53,358 nt of DNA from Alphaproteobacteria bacterium (GCA_947458235.1 CANGYP010000003.1:1-53358); one strand, 5' to 3'. Counted from the first letter of the stretch, positions 10,469 to 20,663 are shown. Program-made: numbers and translations. Notes: generated from the sequence alone by a model not told the origin.

Positions 10469-11527
10469 ATGATTTTGGATGATTATTTGTGGTTTCGGCT
10501 ATGGCAACGGTGGTTTTTGTTGTTGGGGATTATTGCGATCATTCTTTATTCCATTGATTTTTTGGCGCAAATTCGGGAATACGATCACTGGCCAGCTGTG
10601 GATGTGGCGCAAATGGTGGTCTATCGGTTGCCCGTGCTTTTGGATACAGCGTTACCGTATTTGGTGTTTTTGACAGTGTTTTTTACGTTTTCAGGCTTTC
10701 AGAACGCCAATATCTTTGATGTGATGCGGGCGTCGGGATACTCTTGGCGGCGTATTATGGGGGTTGCGGCTTTATTTGCTGGTGTTTTAGGGATTTTTCA
10801 CACGGTGGTGTTTGATGAGATCCGTTTGCGGGCTAATACGGTCCATCATGATTTGTTGTCTGATCATGGGGATGCTCCCGAAAATCCCTTTCAGGGAAAA
10901 GATTTTTGGCTCAGCTCATCGTCCCCATCAGAGACCATTGTTTTGCAGTCAACCACCGTGCGCGAGGGAGCTTTTCAAAATGTTTCTGTCGTTGTTTTAG
11001 GGCCAGATTATACCTTAAAAAACCAAATACGCGCAGACAAAGGGCGTATCAAAGGCAACACGCTGATTTTGGAACAAGGGGAATCGTGGGCGTTTGGCGT
11101 GAAAACCCCTCTTGGGTCACAGGGGTTGACCCTGCCGTGGTGGGGAAAATCTACGGAAGAGGTGTTAAGGCCTAGCCCGCCAGAAACAACTTTTTTATCA
11201 ACCGCTCAGCAGGTTCATGCCCGTTCACAGGTTAAACCCGAAGGTCTTCGGGTGTTGTGGCAGGGGGCCGTGCGTCCCTTGTATGCGGTGGCGCTGGCGG
11301 TTTTGGCCACGGTGACGTTGTTGAGCTGTCATCATCGCACCCGCTCCTTCCTGCCTTTTTTGGTGAGTGTGGTTTTTATGTTTGTGTTGCATCTGGCAGC
11401 GAACGTGACGGTTCATTGGGCGAATCAGGGATTGTTACCGTTTTGGTATGCCTTTTTGTGGGCGTCGGTTCTCTTGCTTTTCTGCTCTTTTTTGGTTTTA
11501 ATGCGTCGCACATATGGCGCGGTATGA
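10469..11527 (+). CDS. lptG: LPS export ABC transporter permease LptG
   Basis: YjgP/YjgQ topology, MRASG.S..R motif, between lptF and lptD. Confidence 0.8.
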   Translation: MILDDYLWFRLWQRWFLLLGIIAIILYSIDFLAQIREYDHWPAVDVAQMVVYRLPVLLDTALPYLVFLTVFFTFSGFQNANIFDVMRASGYSWRRIMGVAALFAGVLGIFHTVVFDEIRLRANTVHHDLLSDHGDAPENPFQGKDFWLSSSSPSETIVLQSTTVREGAFQNVSVVVLGPDYTLKNQIRADKGRIKGNTLILEQGESWAFGVKTPLGSQGLTLPWWGKSTEEVLRPSPPETTFLSTAQQVHARSQVKPEGLRVLWQGAVRPLYAVALAVLATVTLLSCHHRTRSFLPFLVSVVFMFVLHLAANVTVHWANQGLLPFWYAFLWASVLLLFCSFLVLMRRTYGAV

Positions 11528-13643
11528 CTTTTTTTGGGGGCTGATGTTTCTCTGGCTGTTGGTGGTTCCAGCGGGGGCTGAGGCCATGAAGGTGAAAGAC
11601 GTGGACCTGAAAGCCGATGTGATCACGTTGGATTATGAGGGGCGAACAGTCCAAGGCGAAGGCAATGTTTTGCTGGAAAGTGAAAAGCATCGTCTGACTT
11701 CAGACGCCATTACCTATAATGAAAACACTGGGGAAATCACCGCCAGCGGTCATGTGGTGCTGTTTGATAAGACGCAAAACACCGCCCTGAAAACCGATCA
11801 TGTTGTGTTGGATGGTGAATTTCGCTCGGTCACCCTAGAAAAGGTGCGTTTGTTGTTTCAGGATCGCGGGACAATCACCGCCTCTTCGGGACAAAGGCGT
11901 TTGGGTAAAGAGCATGATTTGAAAGACGCGCATTTTACCCCCTGCAAAGTCTGTGAGGGCGAATCCCCGTTATGGTCTGTGGCTGCGGATGAGGTGCAGC
12001 ATGATACGGACTCCAAAGTGATTCGTTACCACAATGCCTATTTTCAAATTTTCGACGTGCCAGTTTTTTATTTGCCGTATTTTGAACAAGATGATCCCAC
12101 CGTTAAGCGCTCCAGCGGCTTTTTGCGGGGCTCTTTGGAGCAGCGTTCGGAAGAGGGTCTGTTGGTTCGCGCCCCGTATTATTACACGATGTCTCCCCAT
12201 CAAGACGTCACCCTCACCCCGATCTGGACCCAAAACGGGGGGGAGGTTTTGGGGCTAGAGCATCGTTATCTGGGTGAAACCTATGGCCTTACCTCCACAG
12301 GGTCGGTGGGCAGTGTGAATCGTGTGGAAAATAGTCAATTGCAAGATGATAAAAACGCTGCGGGGCACGTGGATGCCGCGCTGGATTGGCAGCCAGCCCC
12401 ATTTTGGCAAGTCAATGGGGATTTAGAGCGTGCCAGCCGCAAAGGGTATCTGCGCCAGTTTGATTTTGATCAGCGGGATATCCTCTCCAGTGGGGCGCGG
12501 ACGCTGTACCATGATGGGCCCACAACCTTTGTGACGGATGCCCGCACCTATCAAGATTTGCGTCCCGCAGAGGACAGCGACAGCGTGCCATGGGTGTTGC
12601 CTGATACCAGCCTGTCCCATGTTTGGGAATCCCCGTCGTGGGCGAAGGGTTCCCTGAGCAGCGGTGTTTCAGGGCGTGTTCTTGAGCGCAATCAGGGCAA
12701 CGATAATCAACGGGTTAGTGTTTTTAATGCTTGGCAACGACAATTTTTTGCCTCGGACGGCAGTGTTTTTGAAACATCCGCCCTGTTGCGGCAGGATCTG
12801 TATCATCGGGATGTGTTTTCAAAGGAACAGGAAGCCCTTGTGGCGTCGGATACCAAGGCCCGCTTTTTTCCCGCTCTTCAGGCTGGATACAAAAAACCTT
12901 TTTATAAATCCACGGATAATGGTTTTCACCAGTTGTCTCCAGTGGCACAGGTTGTGGTGATTCCCACCAACGTCAACAGTAACACCATCCAAAATGAGGA
13001 TACGCAGGCCTTTGAGCTGGATGCCGACAATTTGTTTTCTGTGAACCGGCCCACAGGGTATGACATCACCAGCGAAGGCAGTCGTGCCGATTATGGGGGA
13101 TCATATGCTTATCAGGGGGATAGCTATTTGGCGGATGTGTTTTTAGGTCAGAGTTTTCAAATAGATGCACCCACTACAGAAGAACTGTTGGCGGGCGGAG
13201 AGGGGGAAGATTTTTCGGACCCCGTAGCCCGTTGGCAGTTGGCTTTTCCGGGATTATTGTCCTTTGATCACAGCATTCGGGTGCATGAAAGTGATGGGCG
13301 CATTGCCCGAAGTTTGGCAAATCTTAGCACGGAATTTGGCGGATTCACCACAACCCTGACCCATTTTTTGCTGGATCGGGGCCAAAATGATCAGGAAACA
13401 TCTGAAAAACGCGAAGAAATTTCAGGAACCCTCAGTATTCCTTTAACTGAGGCATGGGCGTGGAGCAGCACCGCCATTCGGGACTTGCACGCGGATGAAA
13501 ATCGTCTGGCCCAAACGCAGGTGACCTATACCATGGATTGCGCCCGTTTTTCGCTGGAGTATCGCAAAGATTACACCAGTGACCCCAACGCCACGGCGGG
13601 CAATTCCATCATGTTTCGTGTTGATTTGATCGGGGCCCCGTGA
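11514..13643 (+). CDS. lptD: LPS assembly outer membrane protein LptD
   Basis: Signal peptide, FTPC..C....PLW, PVFYLPY...DPTVKR.SGFL, C-terminal DC motif. Confidence 0.93.
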   Translation: MARYDFFWGLMFLWLLVVPAGAEAMKVKDVDLKADVITLDYEGRTVQGEGNVLLESEKHRLTSDAITYNENTGEITASGHVVLFDKTQNTALKTDHVVLDGEFRSVTLEKVRLLFQDRGTITASSGQRRLGKEHDLKDAHFTPCKVCEGESPLWSVAADEVQHDTDSKVIRYHNAYFQIFDVPVFYLPYFEQDDPTVKRSSGFLRGSLEQRSEEGLLVRAPYYYTMSPHQDVTLTPIWTQNGGEVLGLEHRYLGETYGLTSTGSVGSVNRVENSQLQDDKNAAGHVDAALDWQPAPFWQVNGDLERASRKGYLRQFDFDQRDILSSGARTLYHDGPTTFVTDARTYQDLRPAEDSDSVPWVLPDTSLSHVWESPSWAKGSLSSGVSGRVLERNQGNDNQRVSVFNAWQRQFFASDGSVFETSALLRQDLYHRDVFSKEQEALVASDTKARFFPALQAGYKKPFYKSTDNGFHQLSPVAQVVVIPTNVNSNTIQNEDTQAFELDADNLFSVNRPTGYDITSEGSRADYGGSYAYQGDSYLADVFLGQSFQIDAPTTEELLAGGEGEDFSDPVARWQLAFPGLLSFDHSIRVHESDGRIARSLANLSTEFGGFTTTLTHFLLDRGQNDQETSEKREEISGTLSIPLTEAWAWSSTAIRDLHADENRLAQTQVTYTMDCARFSLEYRKDYTSDPNATAGNSIMFRVDLIGAP

Positions 13644-13650
13644 CGGAGCA

Positions 13651-15189
13651 TTAGCGGGGGGCAGGGGCCGTCTTGGGGCAAGTCCCCGCCAGTTCCGTTT
13701 GTTTTTCCTTGATTTTTGTGCTGATGGCGCAGCTAATGTTCAGGATTCTGGGATTCCATTGATAATCAGGGTTTTTGGTGTAGTACTCTAAAAATTGTTT
13801 CGCCTTGGCGGCGTAGGCCTTGGCGAAGCGGATTTCCCCCTCCAGAACGCGGGGGGTGTCGTGGGGATCATTGCCAGACAAAGGCATATAGGCGGCGGCT
13901 TTTTTTTGCAGATTGGTTTTGCGCTGGGCCAAAGAGAGCGGGGCAGGGGACAGGCCATCAAGGCCAGACTGATCCAGTGTCATGAAAAAAGTCGCCATAT
14001 CCTCGCGCTGGGCCTTAGCTTTGGCCACGGAGGGAGGCACCATGCGGTCATAGTCGGCTTTCATGGTTTGCAGATCTTTGGTGGCCTGCGCCACGGCGCG
14101 CCGCTGGCCATCAAGGGCGGACATAACAAAAGGGTTGTTTTTTAACGAAGGATTTTTTGCCAATGCCGCCTCGGCACGCGCCAAAGTCCTTTGTTGGCGG
14201 CGCAGGGCGTAATCTTGGCGTTGCATTTTGGCCTCAAACGCCATCCAGTTGCGGGTGGTGGTATCATACAGTTGGCTGTGTTGTTTGAACACGTTTTGCA
14301 CCAAAGCCACCCGATTTTCGGATTGTAACCATGCGGGGTTTTGAATCCCCGTTTGGCACCCCAGCAGATAAAAAAGGCCGCTGCTGTCAAAGGGCAGGGG
14401 GCGTTTCAGCAAAGTTTGTATCCCGCGGGAAAAGCGTTCGGAAAACACAGACGCATTGTTGGGGGTTTTGGTGGGAAAGCAAGCAGGGACCTGCGTTTGC
14501 AGGGTGTTTAGGGTTAATCCAGCATCACTCAGCTGGGTCAGGGTGTCTGTGACGCTAGAGGCTGTCATGGCCATCAAAGAGGTTAACGTGGCCCCCATGC
14601 GGGTCCGCAGAAGGCCAGCCTGTTCCGCGTCGCGCATACGGGCCAGCAGGTCATCCAAAAGTTGGGTCTCTAGGGCAAGGCCCCCGCCCTCTACGGGGGA
14701 TATTTTCAGGGGGCCTAGAAACTCTGGATTGGTTTGTAGGATTTTTTGCATGGCGGAGGCTGCCGAGAGGGGTTGGATCGCCGTCTCAGGGGCGGGCATA
14801 CCAGGCAGGGAAGGGGGGGGTAATGCGATTGGGGGGGTGCACCCCCGAATTTGCTGGTCATAGCGTTTTAAATCCCGAACAAATTTCTCATAGGCCTGAT
14901 CGGGTTTCAGGAAATAGGGTTGCAAAGTCTGAAACACCTGTTTGTGCTGTTCATTCAGGGCGATGATGGCCTCTTCATGGCGGATGGCGGCCTGAAAGGT
15001 GTTTTGAAACGTCAGGGATAGACTATCGCCCCGAATCAGGGTTTCTGTGGTTTTCCATTGGGTGGCGGCACTGGTGACTTGACGTGCCTGTGCCTGACTT
15101 TGCAAACACCGCAGGGTCCCCTGATCAAAGGGGGCAGCCCCCGCCGAGGGCCACGCAAACGCCAGAACAATCAAAATGAAAATCCCCAT
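13651..15189 (-). CDS. Hypothetical secreted helical/coiled-coil protein (512 aa), last gene of the T4SS-like operon
   Basis: Signal peptide, Gln/Ala-rich heptads, scattered Cys; co-oriented with virB4. Confidence 0.8.
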   Translation of the reverse strand: MGIFILIVLAFAWPSAGAAPFDQGTLRCLQSQAQARQVTSAATQWKTTETLIRGDSLSLTFQNTFQAAIRHEEAIIALNEQHKQVFQTLQPYFLKPDQAYEKFVRDLKRYDQQIRGCTPPIALPPPSLPGMPAPETAIQPLSAASAMQKILQTNPEFLGPLKISPVEGGGLALETQLLDDLLARMRDAEQAGLLRTRMGATLTSLMAMTASSVTDTLTQLSDAGLTLNTLQTQVPACFPTKTPNNASVFSERFSRGIQTLLKRPLPFDSSGLFYLLGCQTGIQNPAWLQSENRVALVQNVFKQHSQLYDTTTRNWMAFEAKMQRQDYALRRQQRTLARAEAALAKNPSLKNNPFVMSALDGQRRAVAQATKDLQTMKADYDRMVPPSVAKAKAQREDMATFFMTLDQSGLDGLSPAPLSLAQRKTNLQKKAAAYMPLSGNDPHDTPRVLEGEIRFAKAYAAKAKQFLEYYTKNPDYQWNPRILNISCAISTKIKEKQTELAGTCPKTAPAPR

Positions 15190-15222
15190 GCTCTACAGTC
15201 TTTCTTCGCGTCCCTGTTGCCG

Positions 15223-16398
15223 TCACTCTTGCCACACGTGGTAGTTGGGATTGTGGTAAAGGGCATGCAGCGAATCGCGCTGCAGTTTTAGGTTTTTCAG
15301 GTGGATTGTGTATTGTTCCAGCAGGCTGCGATCGGCCTCCAGCTTTTGGATCATGGCCAGACTGCGGATGATGCATCCAGAAATGGGCATATTCAGCGTT
15401 TGCAGCTTTGTGGAAAACGCGGCGCCTAGGCCAGATAAGCCACCGCCGATGAGGGGATCTTTAATGAATTGACTGGAAAATCCCGCCAATTCCCCAATAA
15501 TGGCGAGGGGGTTTTGGTTTTGAAAGACAGAAAGATCCTCCACACAGGGTTCATACAGGGTTTTGACGAGGTCTTCTGTAAACAGTTGCCGCATATGGTC
15601 ATGCACACGCCGCATCTCAGAAAAGGCATTCATGCTATAGGCCGCATGGTTGACGATGGCACTTTTGTAGGTTGCCTCCAGACATTGTTTTTGGGCCGCG
15701 AATGTTGTGTTATCACGCTGGTCTTTGTTCAAATCGATCATCTCTGCGATGGTTTTCTGGGCACACTGCATTATATATTGTGTGCGTTGGGCGTCGGTGA
15801 TTTTTTTTTCCGCTATGGCCAGATCCGCCAGTTTTTCACACTGCAAACAGCCAAAATCCGTGGGGGCGGGGTATATTTGGCGGGATTCCTCGATCAGGGC
15901 CCGCATTTTGGCATCGGGCATACCGATGGCATTTTTGATGCCTGTTAGTAAATAATACTGCTCACTGCGTTGTTTCAAAAGGTAATCGAGTTGGGCCGAT
16001 GTGGCTTTGAACTCATTAACCCGCTGGGTTTCATAAAATTGCCGACTGCCGGGCAGCATGGTCAGGTCTGTGACGCAAAACCCCGCTCCGCACCAAGTCG
16101 CATGACAGGGAATGTATCTAATGCAACCAAAACTTCCTGGGGAACATGGTTTACCAGGACATAAACAGCAACCATTAACATTAGGCGTAGGGTAACAAGC
16201 TGAATCCACGCATATATTCACCGGCATAATGGGTGGCGTGGGGATGGATGGCACATAGGCTGGCGGTGCCCCTAGCCCCAGCAGGTTGCTGCCTGCGTTG
16301 GCGGCGGTTGTGGCGGTTGAAACAATATCCGCCACGGGCACGGCCCCCGCCGTTGCCGACAGCCCTGTGATCAGCAAAAACAGGATCGCCCAGCGCAT
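15223..16398 (-). CDS. Hypothetical secreted protein with Cys-rich module (391 aa), possible VirB5-like minor pilin
   Basis: Signal peptide then AVPVAD (like VirB5 G[IV]PVxD), 10 Cys in residues 63-108, helical C-terminus; function inferred. Confidence 0.75.
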   Translation of the reverse strand: MRWAILFLLITGLSATAGAVPVADIVSTATTAANAGSNLLGLGAPPAYVPSIPTPPIMPVNICVDSACYPTPNVNGCCLCPGKPCSPGSFGCIRYIPCHATWCGAGFCVTDLTMLPGSRQFYETQRVNEFKATSAQLDYLLKQRSEQYYLLTGIKNAIGMPDAKMRALIEESRQIYPAPTDFGCLQCEKLADLAIAEKKITDAQRTQYIMQCAQKTIAEMIDLNKDQRDNTTFAAQKQCLEATYKSAIVNHAAYSMNAFSEMRRVHDHMRQLFTEDLVKTLYEPCVEDLSVFQNQNPLAIIGELAGFSSQFIKDPLIGGGLSGLGAAFSTKLQTLNMPISGCIIRSLAMIQKLEADRSLLEQYTIHLKNLKLQRDSLHALYHNPNYHVWQE

Positions 16399-16400
16399 GT

Positions 16401-18167
16401 TTATTCAAGATCTAGGGCTATCGTCTTAGGCCCAGATTCAAAAAAATCCCCCATGCTGGCACAGACATTTTGCAGAATGACCTGCTCTGCATTGACGTTG
16501 GCCATGACCAGATTGTACATGGACAGCCCGATCAGGACGTTGAGTTGGCTGGACACAGCACCATTCTCGCCAGCGCTGGACAAGGCAGCGGCCTGTAACG
16601 AGGCGATGGAGGGACACAATGTTTTTTTCCCATCTTTCCCACTCTTGGTCTTATACAAGGCTGTTTTGCATAGGTTTGAGTTGGTATTTGTTCCCAAAAA
16701 CAAGTCCTGCATCAGTTTTGCCGGTCCCTGTTGTTGCATGACGGCCATGGCGGCGCAGCGGGATTTTGACAGGCCTTGGAAATGACGGTTGACTTGATTT
16801 TCTATCTTGACACAGTTGGATGTGCTGGTCGCTATATTGCGGTTACAGTTTTTGAGGGATCGTAAAATCTCCTCCATCGCTTCGAGTTCGGACATTTTGG
16901 TCTTCGTTCTTGGCAAGGGCGCCGTATTGGGGGTGTCCATGGGTAGGATGCGGGGCGTGCCTGGGCCGCCAGGCTTCACGTCACCGGGGTTACCGCCATC
17001 TTCCCATGGCAAAGGTTTTTTTGGGTTGATGGCACTGATCTTATTCAATGTATCCACCAGTCCTGAGACTAAACCTACTTGTGCCATCCAACCGTTGATA
17101 GGACCAAGGAAGGTTGCGAGATTCGTCACAGCCTTTTGCCATTCCTTCACTTTATCTTCGTCTTTTTTTGGCATAATGAGTCCGCCTTGGATGAGAGATT
17201 CGGTGAGTTGGTTAGCTTGCAAAGCCTCGATCGTCTTTCTTATTGTGTCTGGATTCACGCCCCCACCAAATAAATCTATGATGCTGCCGATCAAGCCAAT
17301 CAGTGTGCCGAAGGCTTTGAGTTGTTCCATGATCTGCACAAATTGGGGGCCGAATGTGATACCAAAGGCTTCACCGAAGAGGTTCGCCATCTCCGTGAAC
17401 GTTGTGATACCAGAGGTCGTACAGGTAAAGATGTTTTTACAGGTTTGGAGTTTTTTGAATGATTCACTCGCGTTATCGATGTTTGTTTTCCATCTGTTAA
17501 TATCTTTCGTAAGTTGCGTAAGCTTGGCAAGGTAATCTGGTTTGTTGTCAAAATCCTTTAGTTTTGCTGTGCCCTTAAACGTAAATTGGTCTCCGTAAGG
17601 GTCGCGAGGGTCAAGATCAGGGATGGGTACGGGGGTTCCAAAATTAGGATTCGTTATAATATCAGGATCGGGGAGCGTGACATTGCCCCCACCCCCCCCC
17701 GGTTGTGGGATCACAGGGAGCGTGCCAATGTCCCCACCCCCCCCCCCCGGTGGGGGGGTCACAGGACGGGTCACAGGTTGGGTCGTTGTTGTAGATCCTG
17801 CCTCTTTTATGACATTATAGGCCATGGACAGTTCCCCCGTATAGGCCGCGTACAGGGAGCTGGAAAAGGCCAACAAAATTTTATCGCTGGTGACTGTTTC
17901 TTCGTCTTCGGGAATGTACTTAATAGCCGCCAGAATCTGATCCAGTTTGTCGTTGGTTTCGCCTTGGAGGCCGACAAGGAGCCCAAGCTGCACATTTATG
18001 GCGGTCAACAAGCCTATTTGTGTGCCCAAAAGCCCTTGGGCCACTGTATCCGACACCATCACCGTCGTGGGGGCCACGGCCGCCGAGGCCCCGTGCAGCG
18101 GCATCATCACCATCTGAATCGCGATGACAGAACACAGGATGCGTCGAAAAAGGGAAACCATAGCCAT
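16401..18167 (-). CDS. Hypothetical secreted protein (588 aa) with Pro/Gly linkers, possible VirB5/TrbJ-like adhesin
   Basis: Signal peptide, poly-Gly/Pro linkers, helical blocks, Cys pairs; directly downstream of virB4. Confidence 0.78.
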   Translation of the reverse strand: MAMVSLFRRILCSVIAIQMVMMPLHGASAAVAPTTVMVSDTVAQGLLGTQIGLLTAINVQLGLLVGLQGETNDKLDQILAAIKYIPEDEETVTSDKILLAFSSSLYAAYTGELSMAYNVIKEAGSTTTTQPVTRPVTPPPGGGGGDIGTLPVIPQPGGGGGNVTLPDPDIITNPNFGTPVPIPDLDPRDPYGDQFTFKGTAKLKDFDNKPDYLAKLTQLTKDINRWKTNIDNASESFKKLQTCKNIFTCTTSGITTFTEMANLFGEAFGITFGPQFVQIMEQLKAFGTLIGLIGSIIDLFGGGVNPDTIRKTIEALQANQLTESLIQGGLIMPKKDEDKVKEWQKAVTNLATFLGPINGWMAQVGLVSGLVDTLNKISAINPKKPLPWEDGGNPGDVKPGGPGTPRILPMDTPNTAPLPRTKTKMSELEAMEEILRSLKNCNRNIATSTSNCVKIENQVNRHFQGLSKSRCAAMAVMQQQGPAKLMQDLFLGTNTNSNLCKTALYKTKSGKDGKKTLCPSIASLQAAALSSAGENGAVSSQLNVLIGLSMYNLVMANVNAEQVILQNVCASMGDFFESGPKTIALDLE

Positions 18168-18212
18168 ACGCCCCTAAAAAAATTAAAGAGTTTAGTTAAA
18201 ATTTACCATATT

Positions 18213-20663
18213 TTAAGAATCGCTGTCAAGGTAGATGTTCAGCCATTCGGATTGGTAATTTTGCATCAACCGCTCTGCCAAGGCGCGGGAGGGTTCATCG
18301 GAATAATAAATCCGCATCAACCGCCCCAGCGCGGACAGGTCCGTGTCCAGAATGATGGATTCCCCGCTGGCCCGTTTCATCAACACAGAGCGTTTCAGTT
18401 TCTTGGCGGCGGGCAGCTTGCCGCTGATGTACAGCCATTCTCGCTCGGTTAATCCCCAGTCCTGATATTCCCGCGCTTGGCCTTGGGGGTTGGGGAAGAA
18501 AAAGGTGGTTTGCGCCTGACCACGGATGGCCTCGCCGAGGCCGGCTTGGGTGATGGCCTCTGGCCGCTGGAACGCCGAAATGACGGCGCCGCGCCGTTTT
18601 CGATATTCCTGCAACATCTGCAAAAAATAATTCCGGAAAATGGGGTGCTTGACCACGGGTTCCGTTTCATCAATAAAAATCAGGGCAGGGGCCTTCAGTT
18701 CGGAAATCGTATCCTGAATACGGTGCATCAAATACAAAATCACGGCCCGCGCCAAATCATCATGTTCGTACAGGCGCGTAAAATCCAGCGCGACAATGCG
18801 GGATGTTTTTAAATCCAGCGTGTCTTGCTTGGCGTTAAAAATTTTTCCATAAACGGCAGGATCCACCCATTTGTGAAGGTTTTTCCGCAGCATACCGCCT
18901 TTGCTGTACACCGCATCATAAATGTTGGCCAGCGACCGCCGTTCATAGGGCAGGCCGGGGGTGTCATAGGCGGCCTCAATGGAAAACCCGATTTCCTCGA
19001 TGGCATCGGCATCCTGACAATCCGACAGCGCCTGAAGAAACGCCCTGAGAAAGGATCGGTTGGACGCATTATCCTTGAGCTGGAACGGATTCATGGACGA
19101 TTGAATGCCGGGGATGTTGGACCCCTCAAACGTAATATAACTGCCCGAGGCCGCGCAGGTGAACAGATACCCCCCCCCGTGACGGTCCACCATATAATAG
19201 CGTAAATCCTCGTGCCGCATGGCCATACCCGCCAGAAAGTTGATCAGCGTGGTTTTTCCGCCCCCTGTGGGGCCAATGCTGACGGCGTGGGCGACGGCGG
19301 CCTTTTCGGGTGAGATATGAAACTGAAAGGCGTAGGGCGTTCCAGAAATGGTCCGAAAGTTGGCAATAGGTCCCTTGCCCCAGTCCGAAGAGGTCAGCCC
19401 TGGAAAGGGGCGCTCAAACGTCAAATGCGTGGCGATGTTTTTGGAAAACAGTTTGTAGGGCCGCGGCCATAATTTGAAACTGGGGAATTGTAAAAACCAG
19501 CTGGCTTGCGCCACGGCCCCCTCGCGCACCACAGAGATCCCATAAGTGCTGGCGATGCGTTTGACTTCGGCTTCGGTGGCTTCCATTTCCTCCACCGTTT
19601 TGCCATAGCAAAACACCATCATCATGTATTGTGACAATACGTTGGTGCCGCCCGTGTTGCCCTCCACCGCATCCAGTGCCGTTTCAAATTGGGCGGCGGT
19701 GCCCGGACTGAATCGCTGGGCCAGAGACAATTTGTATTGGTGGGTGATGTGGATGGCGGCTTTGGTTTTGGTCCACGGTTCGATGACGTGGGACACAATA
19801 ATTTCTCCGTGAACGCTGTTTAGGGAATTGACATAGGCTTCGTAGGTAAAATCCCCCAGCGCCCGTAACCCGACACAGCAGCAATGCAGGGTTTTGTGGC
19901 CCGATCGGAACAGGATACCCCCATCATCCCCCCCAAATTCCACCTGATCCCCGCAAATGGCATCGGATGCCCCATCCCCCACCCCCCCCGGCACGGGCTG
20001 GGAAATCGGGCTGACAATACGGGAAAACACATACAGGGGGCGCATTTTCACATCGGGATGGCCTTGTGTCATGACCATGGGGCCATATTTGTGCAAAATG
20101 TTTTGGGTGATATCGATGACAGAGTTTAGCTTTTTCTGGGACGTTTGGTCTTTGTCAGGCAAAGAAAAAACCACAAACTGGCGGTTGCTATAGGCGCGGG
20201 CAAAGGTTCCGTTCCATCGTCTGGCAATTTCCCGCAACACAGGGTTGCTGTGGGTTGTGGGGGGTGCGACATCCACTCTTTCGCGGACGGTAAAGGCCCG
20301 AATGCTGACATGATAATCTTGCAGGGCATCGATCCAGTCCTTGCGTGCCAGCAACAGCATTTCACGGTCGTGATCGCTCATGAACGTATCATCAAAGCCC
20401 ATCATTTCCACGCATTGCACCAAGTCCCCGTTTTTACAGGCAATGGTTTTGCCATCGCTTAAGACCTTTTCAAAGGGCAGAACATCCGCCAGACGGTCTT
20501 CTCTGGGATAGGGCAGCAGGACGCGGGCCGTGGTGGGTATGGCGATGACGGCAAAGGCCACACCCGCCGCAATGACACCCAGCAGGGTTAGCAGCACAGA
20601 GACCACACTGAAATGTTCAGAAAACGCAGCCAAAACCTCGGGGGATAAAGACTCAGGGGACAT
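18213..20663 (-). CDS. virB4: VirB4-family type IV secretion ATPase
   Basis: Walker A GPTGGGKTT, Walker B LIFIDE, Y.FQFH...AH motif, EYRKRRG; 816 aa; follows virB2/virB3-like genes. Confidence 0.93.
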   Translation of the reverse strand: MSPESLSPEVLAAFSEHFSVVSVLLTLLGVIAAGVAFAVIAIPTTARVLLPYPREDRLADVLPFEKVLSDGKTIACKNGDLVQCVEMMGFDDTFMSDHDREMLLLARKDWIDALQDYHVSIRAFTVRERVDVAPPTTHSNPVLREIARRWNGTFARAYSNRQFVVFSLPDKDQTSQKKLNSVIDITQNILHKYGPMVMTQGHPDVKMRPLYVFSRIVSPISQPVPGGVGDGASDAICGDQVEFGGDDGGILFRSGHKTLHCCCVGLRALGDFTYEAYVNSLNSVHGEIIVSHVIEPWTKTKAAIHITHQYKLSLAQRFSPGTAAQFETALDAVEGNTGGTNVLSQYMMMVFCYGKTVEEMEATEAEVKRIASTYGISVVREGAVAQASWFLQFPSFKLWPRPYKLFSKNIATHLTFERPFPGLTSSDWGKGPIANFRTISGTPYAFQFHISPEKAAVAHAVSIGPTGGGKTTLINFLAGMAMRHEDLRYYMVDRHGGGYLFTCAASGSYITFEGSNIPGIQSSMNPFQLKDNASNRSFLRAFLQALSDCQDADAIEEIGFSIEAAYDTPGLPYERRSLANIYDAVYSKGGMLRKNLHKWVDPAVYGKIFNAKQDTLDLKTSRIVALDFTRLYEHDDLARAVILYLMHRIQDTISELKAPALIFIDETEPVVKHPIFRNYFLQMLQEYRKRRGAVISAFQRPEAITQAGLGEAIRGQAQTTFFFPNPQGQAREYQDWGLTEREWLYISGKLPAAKKLKRSVLMKRASGESIILDTDLSALGRLMRIYYSDEPSRALAERLMQNYQSEWLNIYLDSDS

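Noticed and set aside
19170-19178. C9 tract in virB4 as a phase-variation site
   Set aside because: Similar-length runs occur in housekeeping genes of this window; it simply encodes GGG
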